64,000 nucleotides of DNA. Origin: Anaeromyxobacter sp. Its GTDB lineage: Bacteria > Myxococcota > Myxococcia > Myxococcales > Anaeromyxobacteraceae. The position numbers were made by a program, and so were the translations under genes. Below are positions 25,058 to 35,845 of the stretch, in pieces (position 1 is the first letter of the stretch; each line of letters opens with the position of its first letter). The stretch spans positions 761,897 through 825,896 of the forward strand of contig JASGJN010000013.1 of assembly GCA_049840735.1 (NCBI GenBank), given 5' to 3'. The notes beneath the pieces were generated by a model, which did not search any database, was not told the DNA's origin, and saw nothing but the letters and a program-made list of their open reading frames with translations.

Positions 25058-25144
25058 GGGCGGTCCCTCACGCGAGGCCCGGGCGCGCGCGCCCGAGCCC
25101 CGTCTCGAGCCCGCGCAGCGGGCTCATGGTGGTGCGGAAGGTGA

Positions 25145-25409
25145 TCACGAGACGCGCCCTCCGGTGCTGCGTCCGAAGACCTTCCGCCGGTCCGACGGCG
25201 TGAGGCCCAGCGCCAGGATGATTCTTGCGCTGCGTGTCCATGCGGCACTCGCTCCCGCCCTCGATGCGCGCGACCGTCAGCGCGGAGACGCCGGCCTTCC
25301 GCGCCAGCTCGGCCTTGGTGAGGAGCTGCTCCTCCCTCAGCCGCTGCACGTTGTTGGGCGGTCGCCGCACCACGTTCTTCGTAGGCCTGGATGGCGATCG
25401 GGCGGGCAT
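25145..25409 (-). CDS. Small XRE/Cro-family helix-turn-helix protein upstream of pilM (frameshift 25220)
   Basis: NNVQRLREEQLLTKAELARKAGVSALTVARIEGG; correction gives RKIILALGLTPSDRRKVFG..*. Confidence 0.85.
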
Positions 25410-25418
25410 GCGGGAATC

Positions 25419-25448
25419 ACGCTAAGCGATCGGCCCCGATCGGATCAA
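25419..25448 (-). promoter_or_regulatory. Putative sigma70-type promoter with a palindromic, GATC-rich spacer
   Basis: TTGATC-N18-TAGCGT; the spacer contains the inverted repeat CGATCGG-CC-CCGATCG. Confidence 0.4.
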
Positions 25449-25499
25449 GAAAGGGGCCGGCTACGATATCGGTCGCTGTAGGTGAACGATGCGTCCGTG

Positions 25500-25516
25500 A
25501 GCGAGAGTGATGCCAA
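25500..25516 (-). promoter_or_regulatory. Putative sigma54 promoter for HTH-pilMNOPQ
   Basis: TTGGCATCACTCTCGCT: TGGCA with exact GG-N10-GC spacing; the -12 element is imperfect. Confidence 0.5.
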
Positions 25517-25580
25517 GTTATGTTCCGGACGCGGCGCGGCGCACGGCGACGGCAGCGCCAGCAGGCGCTAGCCATGGTGG

Positions 25581-26951
<1,371 letters not shown>

Positions 26952-26999
26952 GCGCCGATGACTCTAGACGAAGCCGGAGCTTACGCAAAAGAGGCCCGC

Positions 27000-28108
27000 T
27001 CAGTCCCCCCGCCCGCCCGCCGGCAGCCTCACCCGGAACACCGCGCCGCCGCCGGGCGCGTTCTCGGCGGTCAGCGCGCCGCCCAGCGCCTCCACGATGC
27101 GGTGGCTGATGGCCAGGCCCAGCCCGGTGCCCTCGCCGGGCGCCTTGGTGGTGAAGAAGGGATTGAACAGGCGCGGCAGGTGCTCCGGGCGCGATGCCCG
27201 GACCGCCGTCGGCCACGGCCAGCTCCACGCCGCCCGCCGCGGACACGGCGCCGATCCGGACCGCCCCGGCGCCGCCCATGGCGTCGCCGGCGTTGAGCAG
27301 CAGGTTGAGCAGCACCTGGCCCAGCTGGTGGGCGTCGCCCAGCACCGGCGGCAGGTCCGCGGGCAGCTCCAGCGTCACCGCCACGCCGCGGAAGCGCGGC
27401 TGGACCCGGGCCAGCCGCACCGCGGCCTCCACCGCCGCGGCCAGGTCCACCGGCCCGATCTCGCTCCGGGGCTGGGCGGGCCAGGTCCAGCAGGCTGCGC
27501 AGCGTGGCGTCGATGCGATCGGCGGCGTCGGTGATCCGGACCAGCGCGTCGGCCAGGTCCGGATCGGCGTCGGACGGCAGCCGGGAGCGCGCCAGCGCCA
27601 CGTAGCCGGAGACGGCGCCCAGCGGGTTGCCCAGCTCGTGCGCCAGCCCCGCGGCGAGCCGCCCCAGCGTGGCCAGCTGCTCGGAGCGGGCCAGCCGCGC
27701 CTGGGCGTCGCCCAGCGCCCGGTCGGCGCGCGTCAGGTCGGCCACCTTGGCCGCCAGCGCCCGCCGCTCCTCTTCCAGCGCCGCCGCCAGCCGCTCGAAG
27801 GCGATGGAGGCGCGCGTGAGCCCGGGCCCGCCCCCGTCGCCCAGCACCGGCAGCCCGGCCTCGCCGGCCAGCCGCCCGGCCGCGTCCAGCACGCGCTGCA
27901 CCGGCCTCGCCACCGTCCGCCAGAGCAGCCAGGTGCCCAGCAGGCCGGCGGTCGCGCCGGCCGCCAGCGCCGCCAGCGCCAGGTGCGCCGGCCCGAGCTG
28001 GCGCCGGGCCGCCAGCGGCAGCTCCAGGCCGAGCAGGATCGCGGCGGTCACCGCCGCGATGGCCAGCGCGGCCAGGGCCAGGTAGGGGCGGACCGCGGTC
28101 CGCCTCAT
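27000..28108 (-). CDS. pilS2: Sensor histidine kinase, PilS2-like (frameshifts ~27467 and ~27188)
   Basis: Two TMs, H-box [12 protein letters not shown]-box [30 protein letters not shown] overlaps the pilD stop. Confidence 0.8.
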
Positions 28109-29010
28109 CCGCCGAAGACCTCGAAGAGCGCCACGTGGCGGGCCAGCCAGGGGGCCAGGTAGAGCCACTCCAGCGCGGCCAGCGCCAGGAACGGGCCGAA
28201 GGGGACCGAGTTCCGCGGCGGCACCCAGCCGTCGTCGCCCTGCGGCTCGCCCTCACCGGTCTGGCCCCTGCCCAGCGCCAGCAGCAGGATCCCGGCCACC
28301 GCCCCCTGCGTGGACGCCAGCAGGATCACCGGCAGGAGCCCGGCCAGCCCGAGCCACGCGCCGATGGCGCCCAGCAGCACCACGTCGCCGAGCCCCAGCG
28401 CCTCCTTCCTGGCCAGGCGCCCGCCCACGACCCGCACCAGCCAGAACAGGCCGGCCCCCACCGCCGCGCCCAGCGCGGCCGAGACCGCGGTGGCGGGCAC
28501 CCAGCCCGGCAGCCACGCCGGCACCAGCTCGCGCGCCAGCGGCGGGACCGGCGGCAGCCCAGCCGCGCCGGCCAGGAGCCCCAGCCCCAGCAGCGGGACG
28601 GTGAGCTCGTGGGGCAGCGACCAGGTGTCGAGGTCGATGGCGGAGAGCGCCAGGAGCAGCATCACCAGCACGAACTCCGCCAGCGCGGCCAGCGTGAGGC
28701 CGTGGCGCGCCCAGGCCCCCAGGCCGGCGAGGAGCCCCAGCAGCTCGACGGCCGGGTAGCGGGCGGAGATGGGGGCGCCGCAGTCGCGGCAGCGGGCCCG
28801 GAGCCAGAGCCAGGCCAGCACCGGCACGTTGTCGTACCAGCGGATGGCCTTCTGGCAGCGCGGGCAGCGCGACCCGGGGCGGACGATGGAGAGGCCCGCC
28901 GGGACGCGGGCGATCACCACGTTGAGGAAGGAGCCCACGCAGGCCCCGACCACGGCGGCCCAGGTCGCGGCCAGCGCGGCGGGAAGCTCCAGGGAGGGAT
29001 CGGGGGCCAT
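28105..29010 (-). CDS. pilD: Prepilin peptidase/N-methyltransferase
   Basis: GSFLNVVIARVP, SRCPRC, WYDNVP, RCRDC, IDLDT, LGLGDV, VPFGPFL. Confidence 0.95.
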   Translation of the reverse strand: MAPDPSLELPAALAATWAAVVGACVGSFLNVVIARVPAGLSIVRPGSRCPRCQKAIRWYDNVPVLAWLWLRARCRDCGAPISARYPAVELLGLLAGLGAWARHGLTLAALAEFVLVMLLLALSAIDLDTWSLPHELTVPLLGLGLLAGAAGLPPVPPLARELVPAWLPGWVPATAVSAALGAAVGAGLFWLVRVVGGRLARKEALGLGDVVLLGAIGAWLGLAGLLPVILLASTQGAVAGILLLALGRGQTGEGEPQGDDGWVPPRNSVPFGPFLALAALEWLYLAPWLARHVALFEVFGG

Positions 29011-29059
29011 GTGGGCCAGGATGATGCGGCCCCGCCCCCCGGCCTGGCAAGCGCGCGGA

Positions 29060-29998
29060 TCAGCCGGCGCTGGCCGCGGCGGCGGGCGCCGCCTCCTCCA
29101 GCCGGCGAAGGAAGAAGTCCTCCAGCGTCTCGCGGTTGGGCGAGAGCGAGACGATCCGGCCGCCCGCCCCCAGCACCGCCTTCACGCCGGCGTCGGCGCT
29201 GGCCTCGTCCTCGAACACCGCCGTCACCCGGTCGCCGTCGGCCGAGAGGACCCGCGCGCCGCCCAGCGCCTCGCGGCGGCCGCCGGGGAGGAGCGCGGTG
29301 AGCTCCACGCTCTTCACGCGTGCCGAGAGCATCTCGCCGATCCGGCCGGTGTCGCGCATCCGCCCGCGCACGATCAGGCCGACGCGATCGCAGAGGGTCT
29401 CCACGTCGGGCAGGATGTGGGTCGAGAAGAAGACGGTCTTCCCGCGCCGCTTCAGCTCCAGCATGAGGTCGCGCATCTCGCGCCGGCCGATGGGGTCGAG
29501 GCCGCTCATGGGCTCGTCCAGCACCACCAGCGCCGGGTCGGAGACCAGCGCCTGGGCGATGCCCAGCCGCTGCTGCATGCCCTTCGAGTACTTCCGGATC
29601 TGGCGGCCGGCGGCGTCGGACAGCCCCACCAGCCCGAGCAGCTCCTCGCACCGCTTCGCCTGCTCCGAGCCGGGCACACCCGCCAGCGTGGCGAAGAAGC
29701 GGAGCGCCTCGATGCCGGTGAGGAAGTCGGGGTAGGCGGGGTTCTCCGGCAGGTAGCCCAGGCGCGCCTTGGCGGCCTCACTCGGGATGGGCGCGTCGAA
29801 GATGTAGGCCTTCCCGCGCGTGGGGAAGATCAGCCCCATCAGCATCTTGATGGTGGTGGTCTTGCCTGCGCCGTTGGGGCCCACGAAGCCGAAGATCTCG
29901 TTGGCGTCCACCGCCAGATCGAGATCCTCTACCGCGTTCACCTTCTTGCGGAGGCCGGTCTCGAAGACCTTGGTCAGACCTTCAGTGCGCAGGATCAT
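29060..29998 (-). CDS. pilH: ABC transporter ATP-binding protein, PilH-like (myxobacterial nomenclature)
   Basis: GPNGAGKTT, YSKGMQQRLG, LDEPMSGLDP; located in the pil cluster. Confidence 0.85.
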   Translation of the reverse strand: MILRTEGLTKVFETGLRKKVNAVEDLDLAVDANEIFGFVGPNGAGKTTTIKMLMGLIFPTRGKAYIFDAPIPSEAAKARLGYLPENPAYPDFLTGIEALRFFATLAGVPGSEQAKRCEELLGLVGLSDAAGRQIRKYSKGMQQRLGIAQALVSDPALVVLDEPMSGLDPIGRREMRDLMLELKRRGKTVFFSTHILPDVETLCDRVGLIVRGRMRDTGRIGEMLSARVKSVELTALLPGGRREALGGARVLSADGDRVTAVFEDEASADAGVKAVLGAGGRIVSLSPNRETLEDFFLRRLEEAAPAAAASAG

Positions 29999-30078
29999 CG
30001 CGGCGCATCATCGTCCGGCGCCGATCGGCTGGCAAGACTTGGGCGGCCCCGCAGCCCCTCGACCGCCGCGCCGCGTGG

Positions 30079-30125
30079 TGACCAAACGCGTCACCCGGGC
30101 TGACCCGGGCTGACGTTTGCCGTCA
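30079..30125. promoter_or_regulatory. Candidate enhancer: two TGAC-N7-GTCA palindromes upstream of pilA
   Basis: TGAC caaacgc GTCA (30079-30093) and TGAC gtttgcc GTCA (30111-30125), 32 bp apart. Confidence 0.55.
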
Positions 30126-30190
30126 CGCTACCGGGGGGGCGTCGCCTGCTCGGTCCCTCGCCATCCGGGCACTTGCGCGATCCCGGGACC

Positions 30191-30206
30191 TGGCATCGCT
30201 CCTGCT
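30191..30206 (+). promoter_or_regulatory. Sigma54 promoter of pilA
   Basis: TGGCATCGCTCCTGCT with GG-N10-GC spacing, ~100 bp upstream of the pilA ATG; pilA is sigma54/PilR-dependent in M. xanthus and Pseudomonas. Confidence 0.8.
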
Positions 30207-30302
30207 AGGAGTCCGTTCATCGTCCGGTCCCCCCAAGCACCGGCGCACTGCAGCGCACAAGCGGCGGGCCGCGTCGCCGGTCACCGCACCTGGAGGCAAC
30301 AA

Positions 30303-30950
30303 ATGAAGAAGACTGCCAAGGGCTTCACGCTGGTCGAGCTCATGATCGTCGTTGCGATCATCGGCATCCTCGCCGCCATCGCGATCCCGAACTTCCTCCG
30401 CTACCAGCTCCGCTCCAAGTTCTCCGAGCTGAAGACCAACGTGGAGGCCATCTACAAGTCGGAGGAGGCCCTCCGTCAGTCCGAGCGCGTGCTCTGCGCC
30501 GGCGCCCCGACGGGCGCCTACGCCGAGCTGGGCCCGGTCCCCGCGGCCGCCCCCGCCGCCCAGAAGAACGTGTGGATCCCGGCCGACACCGAGCTCGCCT
30601 CCGCCATCGACTGGAACGTCCAGGGCGCGACCTTCGGCCAGTACACCACCGACACCGACAACGCCGCCGTCGGCACCGTGGCCCTCTGCGCGGCCCCGGA
30701 CGTGCCGGCCTTCGGCTACGCGCTCGCCATCGGCGCCATCTCCGACATCGACGGCGACGCGAACCTCGCGCAGGTCTGCGCCTGGCAGCCCCAGCTGGCC
30801 TCCGACGGCACCGAGGTCGGCAACGTCCCGGCCTGCCCGGGCGGCGGCGACACCACGGTGTGCGGCGGCACGGCGATGCCGGGCGGCGCGAACACCCGCA
30901 CGATCGGCGCTGGCCAGGTGACCAACTGCTCGGCTGACAACATCTTCTAG
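30303..30950 (+). CDS. pilA: Major type IVa pilin
   Basis: GGAGG RBS; MKKTAKG/FTLVELMIVVAIIGILAAIAIPNF class III signal; 215 aa precursor. Confidence 0.95.
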   Translation: MKKTAKGFTLVELMIVVAIIGILAAIAIPNFLRYQLRSKFSELKTNVEAIYKSEEALRQSERVLCAGAPTGAYAELGPVPAAAPAAQKNVWIPADTELASAIDWNVQGATFGQYTTDTDNAAVGTVALCAAPDVPAFGYALAIGAISDIDGDANLAQVCAWQPQLASDGTEVGNVPACPGGGDTTVCGGTAMPGGANTRTIGAGQVTNCSADNIF

Positions 30951-30972
30951 TCCGCCGGACTTGCGGTTAGGA

Positions 30973-31004
30973 TGAGGGCCGCCCGGGAGACCGGGCGGCC
31001 CTCA
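30973..31004 (+). terminator. Perfect 14-bp stem-loop after pilA
   Basis: TGAGGGCCGCCCGG-GAGA-CCGGGCGGCCCTCA; weak U-tract. Confidence 0.7.
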
Positions 31005-31021
31005 CCGTCTTCAGAGCCCCC

Positions 31022-31930
31022 ATGCGCGCCCTGTTCGCCCCGCTCGCCGCCGGCCTCCTGCTCCTCGCCCTCGCCGCCGCCCTGAGCTTCAAGCTCGCGG
31101 CCACGGTGCGGAGCCGCCCCTACGACGTCCTGCACGTGCCCTCGGGCAAGGTGATGCGGGTGGCGGCGCTCGGCCACCGCACCTTCCTGTCCGACCTGTA
31201 CTGGCTGGACACGGTGCAGTACATCGGCGAGCCGCGGGCCGACGCGCGGGGCTGGGACAAGCTCCTGCCGCTGGTCGACCTGGTCACCGATCTCGACCCC
31301 CGCCACGGCTACGCCTACCAGACCGCCGGCATCGTGCTGTCCGCCGCCGGCCGCCTCGACGAGAGCAACCGGATCCTGGCCAAGGGGATGGAACTCGGCC
31401 CGGACTGGTGGTCCTTCCCCTACTACCTGTCCTTCAACTCGTGGTTCTACATGGGCGACTACGCCACCGGCGCCTACTACGCCGGGATCGCCGCCCGCCG
31501 CCCGGGCGCGTCGCCCAACATCAGCCACCTGGCGCTCTCGCTGTCATCCAAGAGCGGCACGCCCGAGCAGGCCATCACGCTGCTCACCGAGCTGCGCGCC
31601 ACCGTCAAGGACGAGGCCACGGCGGAGCGGCTGGACGAGCAGCTCAAGCTGGCCACGCTGGAGGCCGACGCCCAGGGCCTGGAGGCCGCCGTCGAGCGGT
31701 TCCGGGAGCGCCACGGCCGCGATCCCTTCGGCCTGGAGGAGCTGATCGTGGGCGGGGCCATCACGAGCATGCCCACGGATCCCTTCGGCGGCGCCTACGT
31801 GTGGGATCCGAAGGACCGCAGGGTCCACTCCACCGCCAACCCGTTCCGCTTCACCTTGCGCGAGGCGGCCCGCGCCCCCGCGTTCCACTACCAGCCCAGC
31901 CAGCGCGACCTGGCGAGGATGCCCAAGTGA
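31022..31930 (+). CDS. pilG: PilG-like (myxobacterial) TPR-like accessory protein
   Basis: N-terminal TM, SDLYWLDTVQYIG, LVTDLDP, DPFGGAY; directly after pilA. Confidence 0.7.
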   Translation: MRALFAPLAAGLLLLALAAALSFKLAATVRSRPYDVLHVPSGKVMRVAALGHRTFLSDLYWLDTVQYIGEPRADARGWDKLLPLVDLVTDLDPRHGYAYQTAGIVLSAAGRLDESNRILAKGMELGPDWWSFPYYLSFNSWFYMGDYATGAYYAGIAARRPGASPNISHLALSLSSKSGTPEQAITLLTELRATVKDEATAERLDEQLKLATLEADAQGLEAAVERFRERHGRDPFGLEELIVGGAITSMPTDPFGGAYVWDPKDRRVHSTANPFRFTLREAARAPAFHYQPSQRDLARMPK

Positions 31931-32703
31931 AGAAGATCGCCGCCATCGCAGCCGTCACCCTCCGCGAGGCCCTCCGCCAGAAGCTGGCGGTGAACCTGCT
32001 GATCTTCGCGCTGGCCCTGGTGATCGCGTCGCTCACGCTCTCGCAGCTCACCTTCGGCGAGCAGTACCGGATCATCGTCGACATCGCTCTCAGCGCCATG
32101 GAGGTGTTCGGGACGCTGATCGCCGCGTTCCTGGGCGCCGGGCTGATCGCCCGCGAGGTCGAGCGCCGCACCGTCTACCCCATCATCAGCAAGCCGGTGT
32201 CCCGCGCCGGCTACGTGCTGGGCCGGTACGCCGGGCTGGTGACCACCACCACGCTCAACCTGGCGGTGATGGCGGTGGTGTTCGCCGCCGTGCTGGCGAT
32301 GTACGTGCGCAACCTGGACTTCCTGGGCGACTCGCCCTTCCTGGTCGTGCTGCTCGCCATGGCGGTCCAGTTCGCCATGGTGGCGGCGGTGGCCACCTTC
32401 TTCTCCTGCTTCACGACCTCCACGCTGTCCGCCATCTTCACGCTCAGCCTGGTGGTGGCCGGCCACGTGGCCACCGACCTGATCCGCTACTGGCCGCGCG
32501 AGGGGGCCTGGAGCGGCCTGGCCGGGAAGGCGGTGTACGTGCTGGTGCCGAACCTCGAGGCGCTCAACCTCAAGGAGGCCATGGTCTACAAGGACGCCAT
32601 CCCGCCCGACTTCGCCCTGACCGGCCTCGGCTACGGCCTGCTCTACTCGGCGGCGGTGGTGCTGCTGGGGTGCGCGATCTTCACCCGCCGCGACCTGCGC
32701 TGA
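31927..32703 (+). CDS. pilI: ABC transporter permease, PilI-like
   Basis: IAAVTLREALRQK, REVERRTVYPIISKPVSR..YVLGRY, multiple TMs, C-terminal FTRRDLR; GTGA overlap with pilG. Confidence 0.85.
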   Translation: MKKIAAIAAVTLREALRQKLAVNLLIFALALVIASLTLSQLTFGEQYRIIVDIALSAMEVFGTLIAAFLGAGLIAREVERRTVYPIISKPVSRAGYVLGRYAGLVTTTTLNLAVMAVVFAAVLAMYVRNLDFLGDSPFLVVLLAMAVQFAMVAAVATFFSCFTTSTLSAIFTLSLVVAGHVATDLIRYWPREGAWSGLAGKAVYVLVPNLEALNLKEAMVYKDAIPPDFALTGLGYGLLYSAAVVLLGCAIFTRRDLR

Positions 32704-32726
32704 GCCGCCCCGGCGGCCGGGGCGGC
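32704..32726 (+). terminator. GC hairpin after pilI
   Basis: GCCGCCCCGG-CGG-CCGGGGCGGC immediately after the stop; no U-tract. Confidence 0.4.
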
Positions 32727-32875
32727 GGCAGGCGCCCACCCGCGCCGACATGCAAGCCGTTGCGGACTGCGCAAGGCCCAGCGTGCAAGGGCCGCTCACG
32801 CGGCAGCGAACCCTCCGGAAGACGGGCACTTGCCCGCTCCAGGCGCGGGCGCGCCGCTTGCTTCGGGAGGAGACC

Positions 32876-33574
32876 GTGCGAACGAAACGCGGCTTCACGC
32901 TGATCGAGGTGGCCACCGTCCTGGCGATAGCGGTGGTGCTGGCCACGCTTGCCTACACGTCGCTGCGGCGGTCGCGCCCGCGCGCCGACCTCCTCCGCAC
33001 CGCCGTGGAGCTGCGGTCGCTGGTGGCCGGCGCGCGCCAGCAGGCGCTCCTGAGCGGGCGCTCGGTGGCGGTGCTGATCTTCCCGGACCACGCCAACCCC
33101 GAGGACGGCAAGGGTCGGGTCATCGTGGTGGAGGACCCGCGCGCGCAGCTGTTCCTGGACTCGGCCCCGCTCAACTTCGGCGACACCTACGACCCGGCCA
33201 CCCCGGCCGCGCCCGACGGCGGCGAGCTCTTCCAGACCATGGACCTGCCGCACGGGGTGGTGGTCGGCCCGGTCGGTGGGCTGGGGGCCGCGCTGCCCGC
33301 GCCGGACGCCTCCATCCCCGACGACACCGCCTGCACCTTCTGCAGCACCAGCGGCGACCATCGCGGCGCCATCGTCTTCGACGGGCGGGGGCGCGCCCGC
33401 TTCTACTCCGACAACGGCGCCGCGCTGGACGTGGCGGGCGGCACCCTCTCCGTCACCTCCACCGACCTGGCCACCATCGTGGACGAGGCCACCCAGGCCG
33501 TCGAGGCCGGGCCGGCCACCGGCCTGGTGATCCGGGCCGCATCCGGCTCGCTCCGCACCGTCACCCGAGGCTGA
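32876..33574 (+). CDS. fimU: Minor pilin, FimU/FimT-like
   Basis: GGAGG RBS, GTG start, RG/FTLIEVATVLAI prepilin motif, IVFDGRG. Confidence 0.8.
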   Translation: MRTKRGFTLIEVATVLAIAVVLATLAYTSLRRSRPRADLLRTAVELRSLVAGARQQALLSGRSVAVLIFPDHANPEDGKGRVIVVEDPRAQLFLDSAPLNFGDTYDPATPAAPDGGELFQTMDLPHGVVVGPVGGLGAALPAPDASIPDDTACTFCSTSGDHRGAIVFDGRGRARFYSDNGAALDVAGGTLSVTSTDLATIVDEATQAVEAGPATGLVIRAASGSLRTVTRG

Positions 33575-33583
33575 GGCCCCGCC

Positions 33584-34110
33584 ATGCGCCCATCCCTTCC
33601 CCCCGCGGCGTCACGCTGATCGAGAACATGGTCGCCCTCGCGGTCCTGATGCTGGGAGCGCTCGGCCTGATCGGCATGAGCACCCAGGCCGTGCGCCTCA
33701 ACCAGGACGGCCGGCGCGTCACCCGCGCCACCGCCATCGCGCAGGACATGCTCTCCCAGATCCAGCTCTGGGAGTACGCCGACGCGCGCCTGTCCAACTC
33801 GAACACCACCAACGACGCCGACATCGCCGACTCGGCCCTGGCCTTCGAGGGCACGAACACCCTCCCCTACGACCACGCCGAGGCCGACCTGACCGACGGC
33901 GGCCTGGTCTTCAACGGGATCCCGCAGAGCCAGCTGGGGACGGAGTTCGAGCGCTACTGGAACATCTCCACGCCGGACGACGACAACGCCAACGGCACCC
34001 CGGACGGCATGCGCATCGCGGTGGTGGTGCGGTGGAGGCAGGGGAACGGCTTCCGCCGCATCGTCCTCCACACCGCGAAGATCAACCCCGACCCGGCGGA
34101 GCGCCTGTGA
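33584..34110 (+). CDS. pilV: Minor pilin, PilV-like (one base missing just after the ATG)
   Basis: RG/VTLIENMVALAVL prepilin motif, ERYWNI, VVVRW; the ATG at 33584 is one base out of frame. Confidence 0.75.
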
Positions 34111-35334
34111 CCCGCCGCGCCCACGGCTTCTCGCTGATCGAGCTGCTGGTCGCCTCCGCCGTCTCTGCGGTGGTGATCGCCGGCGCGCTGACCATCCTGG
34201 TGACGCAGCAGAAGACCTTCCGCTCCACCGCCGACGAGCGCGCCATGCAGGAGGCAGCCCGGGTGGCGCTTGGGGAGATCACCGGCAACCTGCAGCTGGC
34301 CGGCTACGGCCTCGATCCGGGGGAGGCCTTCGACTTCGGCGAGGCCACCTCCCCGCAGGACCGGGCCCCGCTGGCGGCCGGCGAGACGGCGGTGACGTTC
34401 GGCGGCTACCAGTGCAGGACGCCGGTGGAGTGCCGCGACAAGGTGGACGGGCCGGACGAGGTGGTCTTCCACTCCCGCGATCCGGGCTTCGGCCACTCGC
34501 TCACCTCGGCCAGCACCGACACGCTGGTGATGACCGGGCCGCTCACCTCGCCGCTGGAGGCCGGGCAGCTGCTGCAGGCCATGTGCTACGGCGACGACAT
34601 GGTCTGGGCCTACGTCACGGTGGGTGCCCGGGTGGACGCGACGGAGGACCCCAGCGTGAAGATCCCGCTGCGCAACGGGGACGGGACGCGCTTCGGCCTC
34701 CAGAACGACTTCCTGGCCAACTCCTGCTTCACCGGCACGGCGCGGGTCTTCAAGAATCGACCGGTACCGCTACTACGTGGCGGGCTACACCGAGGGCGGC
34801 GCGGAGGTGGCCTGGAATGCGGCCGGTGCCCGCCCCTACCTGATGCTCGACCAGGGGCTGGTGGACGCGGCCGGGACGCCCATCCACACGCCCATCGCGG
34901 CCGACGTCGAGGACCTGCAGCTCGCCTACGTGTACCCGCTGGCCGCCGCGGCCGCCCAGGTCCGCGGCGCAACCGAGAACACGCAGCTCACCAACACGGC
35001 GGCGGGGATCGACCTGGCCCCGTCCACCATCCCTTCCATCCCGCTGTACAGCACCGAGCGGCTGGCGGTGGCCCGCACCTCCGGCCACCCCTCCAACGTG
35101 CGCGCGGTGCGGGTGGCGGTGGTGATCCGCTCCGCCGAGGCCCTCGACCCCGCCGACGCCGGCGTGGTCCCGGCCTCGGGCAACCGGCCGGCCGTGGACA
35201 GCCGGCGCGGCTACCGCAGGTCCCTGTTCCAGACCAGCATCGGCGTCCCCAACCTCGAGTCCCGCGGCCCGGTCTTCCCGGCCTGGGGCGATCCGAAGGA
35301 CCCGGACAACCAGCTCAACGTCGGTGGAGGATAA
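34107..35334 (+). CDS. pilW: Minor pilin, PilW-like (frameshift 34754)
   Basis: HG/FSLIELLVA, NLQLAGYG; after correction KIDRYRYYV..IAADVEDLQLAY..NVRAVRVAVVIRS. Confidence 0.85.
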
Positions 35335-35339
35335 CCCCC

Positions 35340-35834
35340 ATGATGCGCCATCCGCGCGGCAGCGCGCTCATCCTCGCCATCGTCGTCCTGCTGGTGATCG
35401 CCGTCATCGGCGCCGGCATGCTCCGCTTCGCCGCCCGCGAGGTGGCCGGCGCCACCGCCGCGGCCCGCACCGAGGCGCTCGACGCCTGCGCCGAGGCGGG
35501 GCGCCAGGTCATCATGTCCAAGTTCCGCGCCGTGGGCACCTCGCCCACCTCGCTGCCCGTGCTCAACGTGAAGCTGGACCAGGGCGGCTCGGTCCAGGTG
35601 ATCGGCGGGCACTTCGACACCGACGACGTCCAGATCTCGCAGGTGACCTACCTGCCCGACGCCGCCTTCGGCGTGGACCGCGGCAGCGTCCAGACGCTCA
35701 CCAACCGCATCACCGTCTCCGGCCTCGGCTCCAAGCCGATCAAGGCCATCGTCCACTGCCAGGTGGGCGGTGACGGCACGCCCGGGTCGGGCCGCCAGCT
35801 CGAGATCGAGTACGGCCTGCGGTTCGGCATCTAG
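35340..35834 (+). CDS. pilX: Minor pilin, PilX-like
   Basis: RG/SALILAIVVLLVI lacking Glu5 (typical of PilX), ACAEAG; directly before pilY1. Confidence 0.8.
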   Translation: MMRHPRGSALILAIVVLLVIAVIGAGMLRFAAREVAGATAAARTEALDACAEAGRQVIMSKFRAVGTSPTSLPVLNVKLDQGGSVQVIGGHFDTDDVQISQVTYLPDAAFGVDRGSVQTLTNRITVSGLGSKPIKAIVHCQVGGDGTPGSGRQLEIEYGLRFGI

Positions 35835-35845
35835 GGAGGACCTCC

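Noticed and set aside
30030..30044. Second sigma54-like GG-N10-GC on the + strand (TGGCAAGACTTGGGC)
   Set aside because: Poor -12 element; better explained as the reverse complement of a TTGCCA -35 box for the divergent pilH.
32751..32837. Three (T/C)GCAAG repeats and a weak GG-N10-GC upstream of fimU
   Set aside because: Short, unevenly spaced and lacking TGGC/TTGC consensus; not distinguishable from chance.
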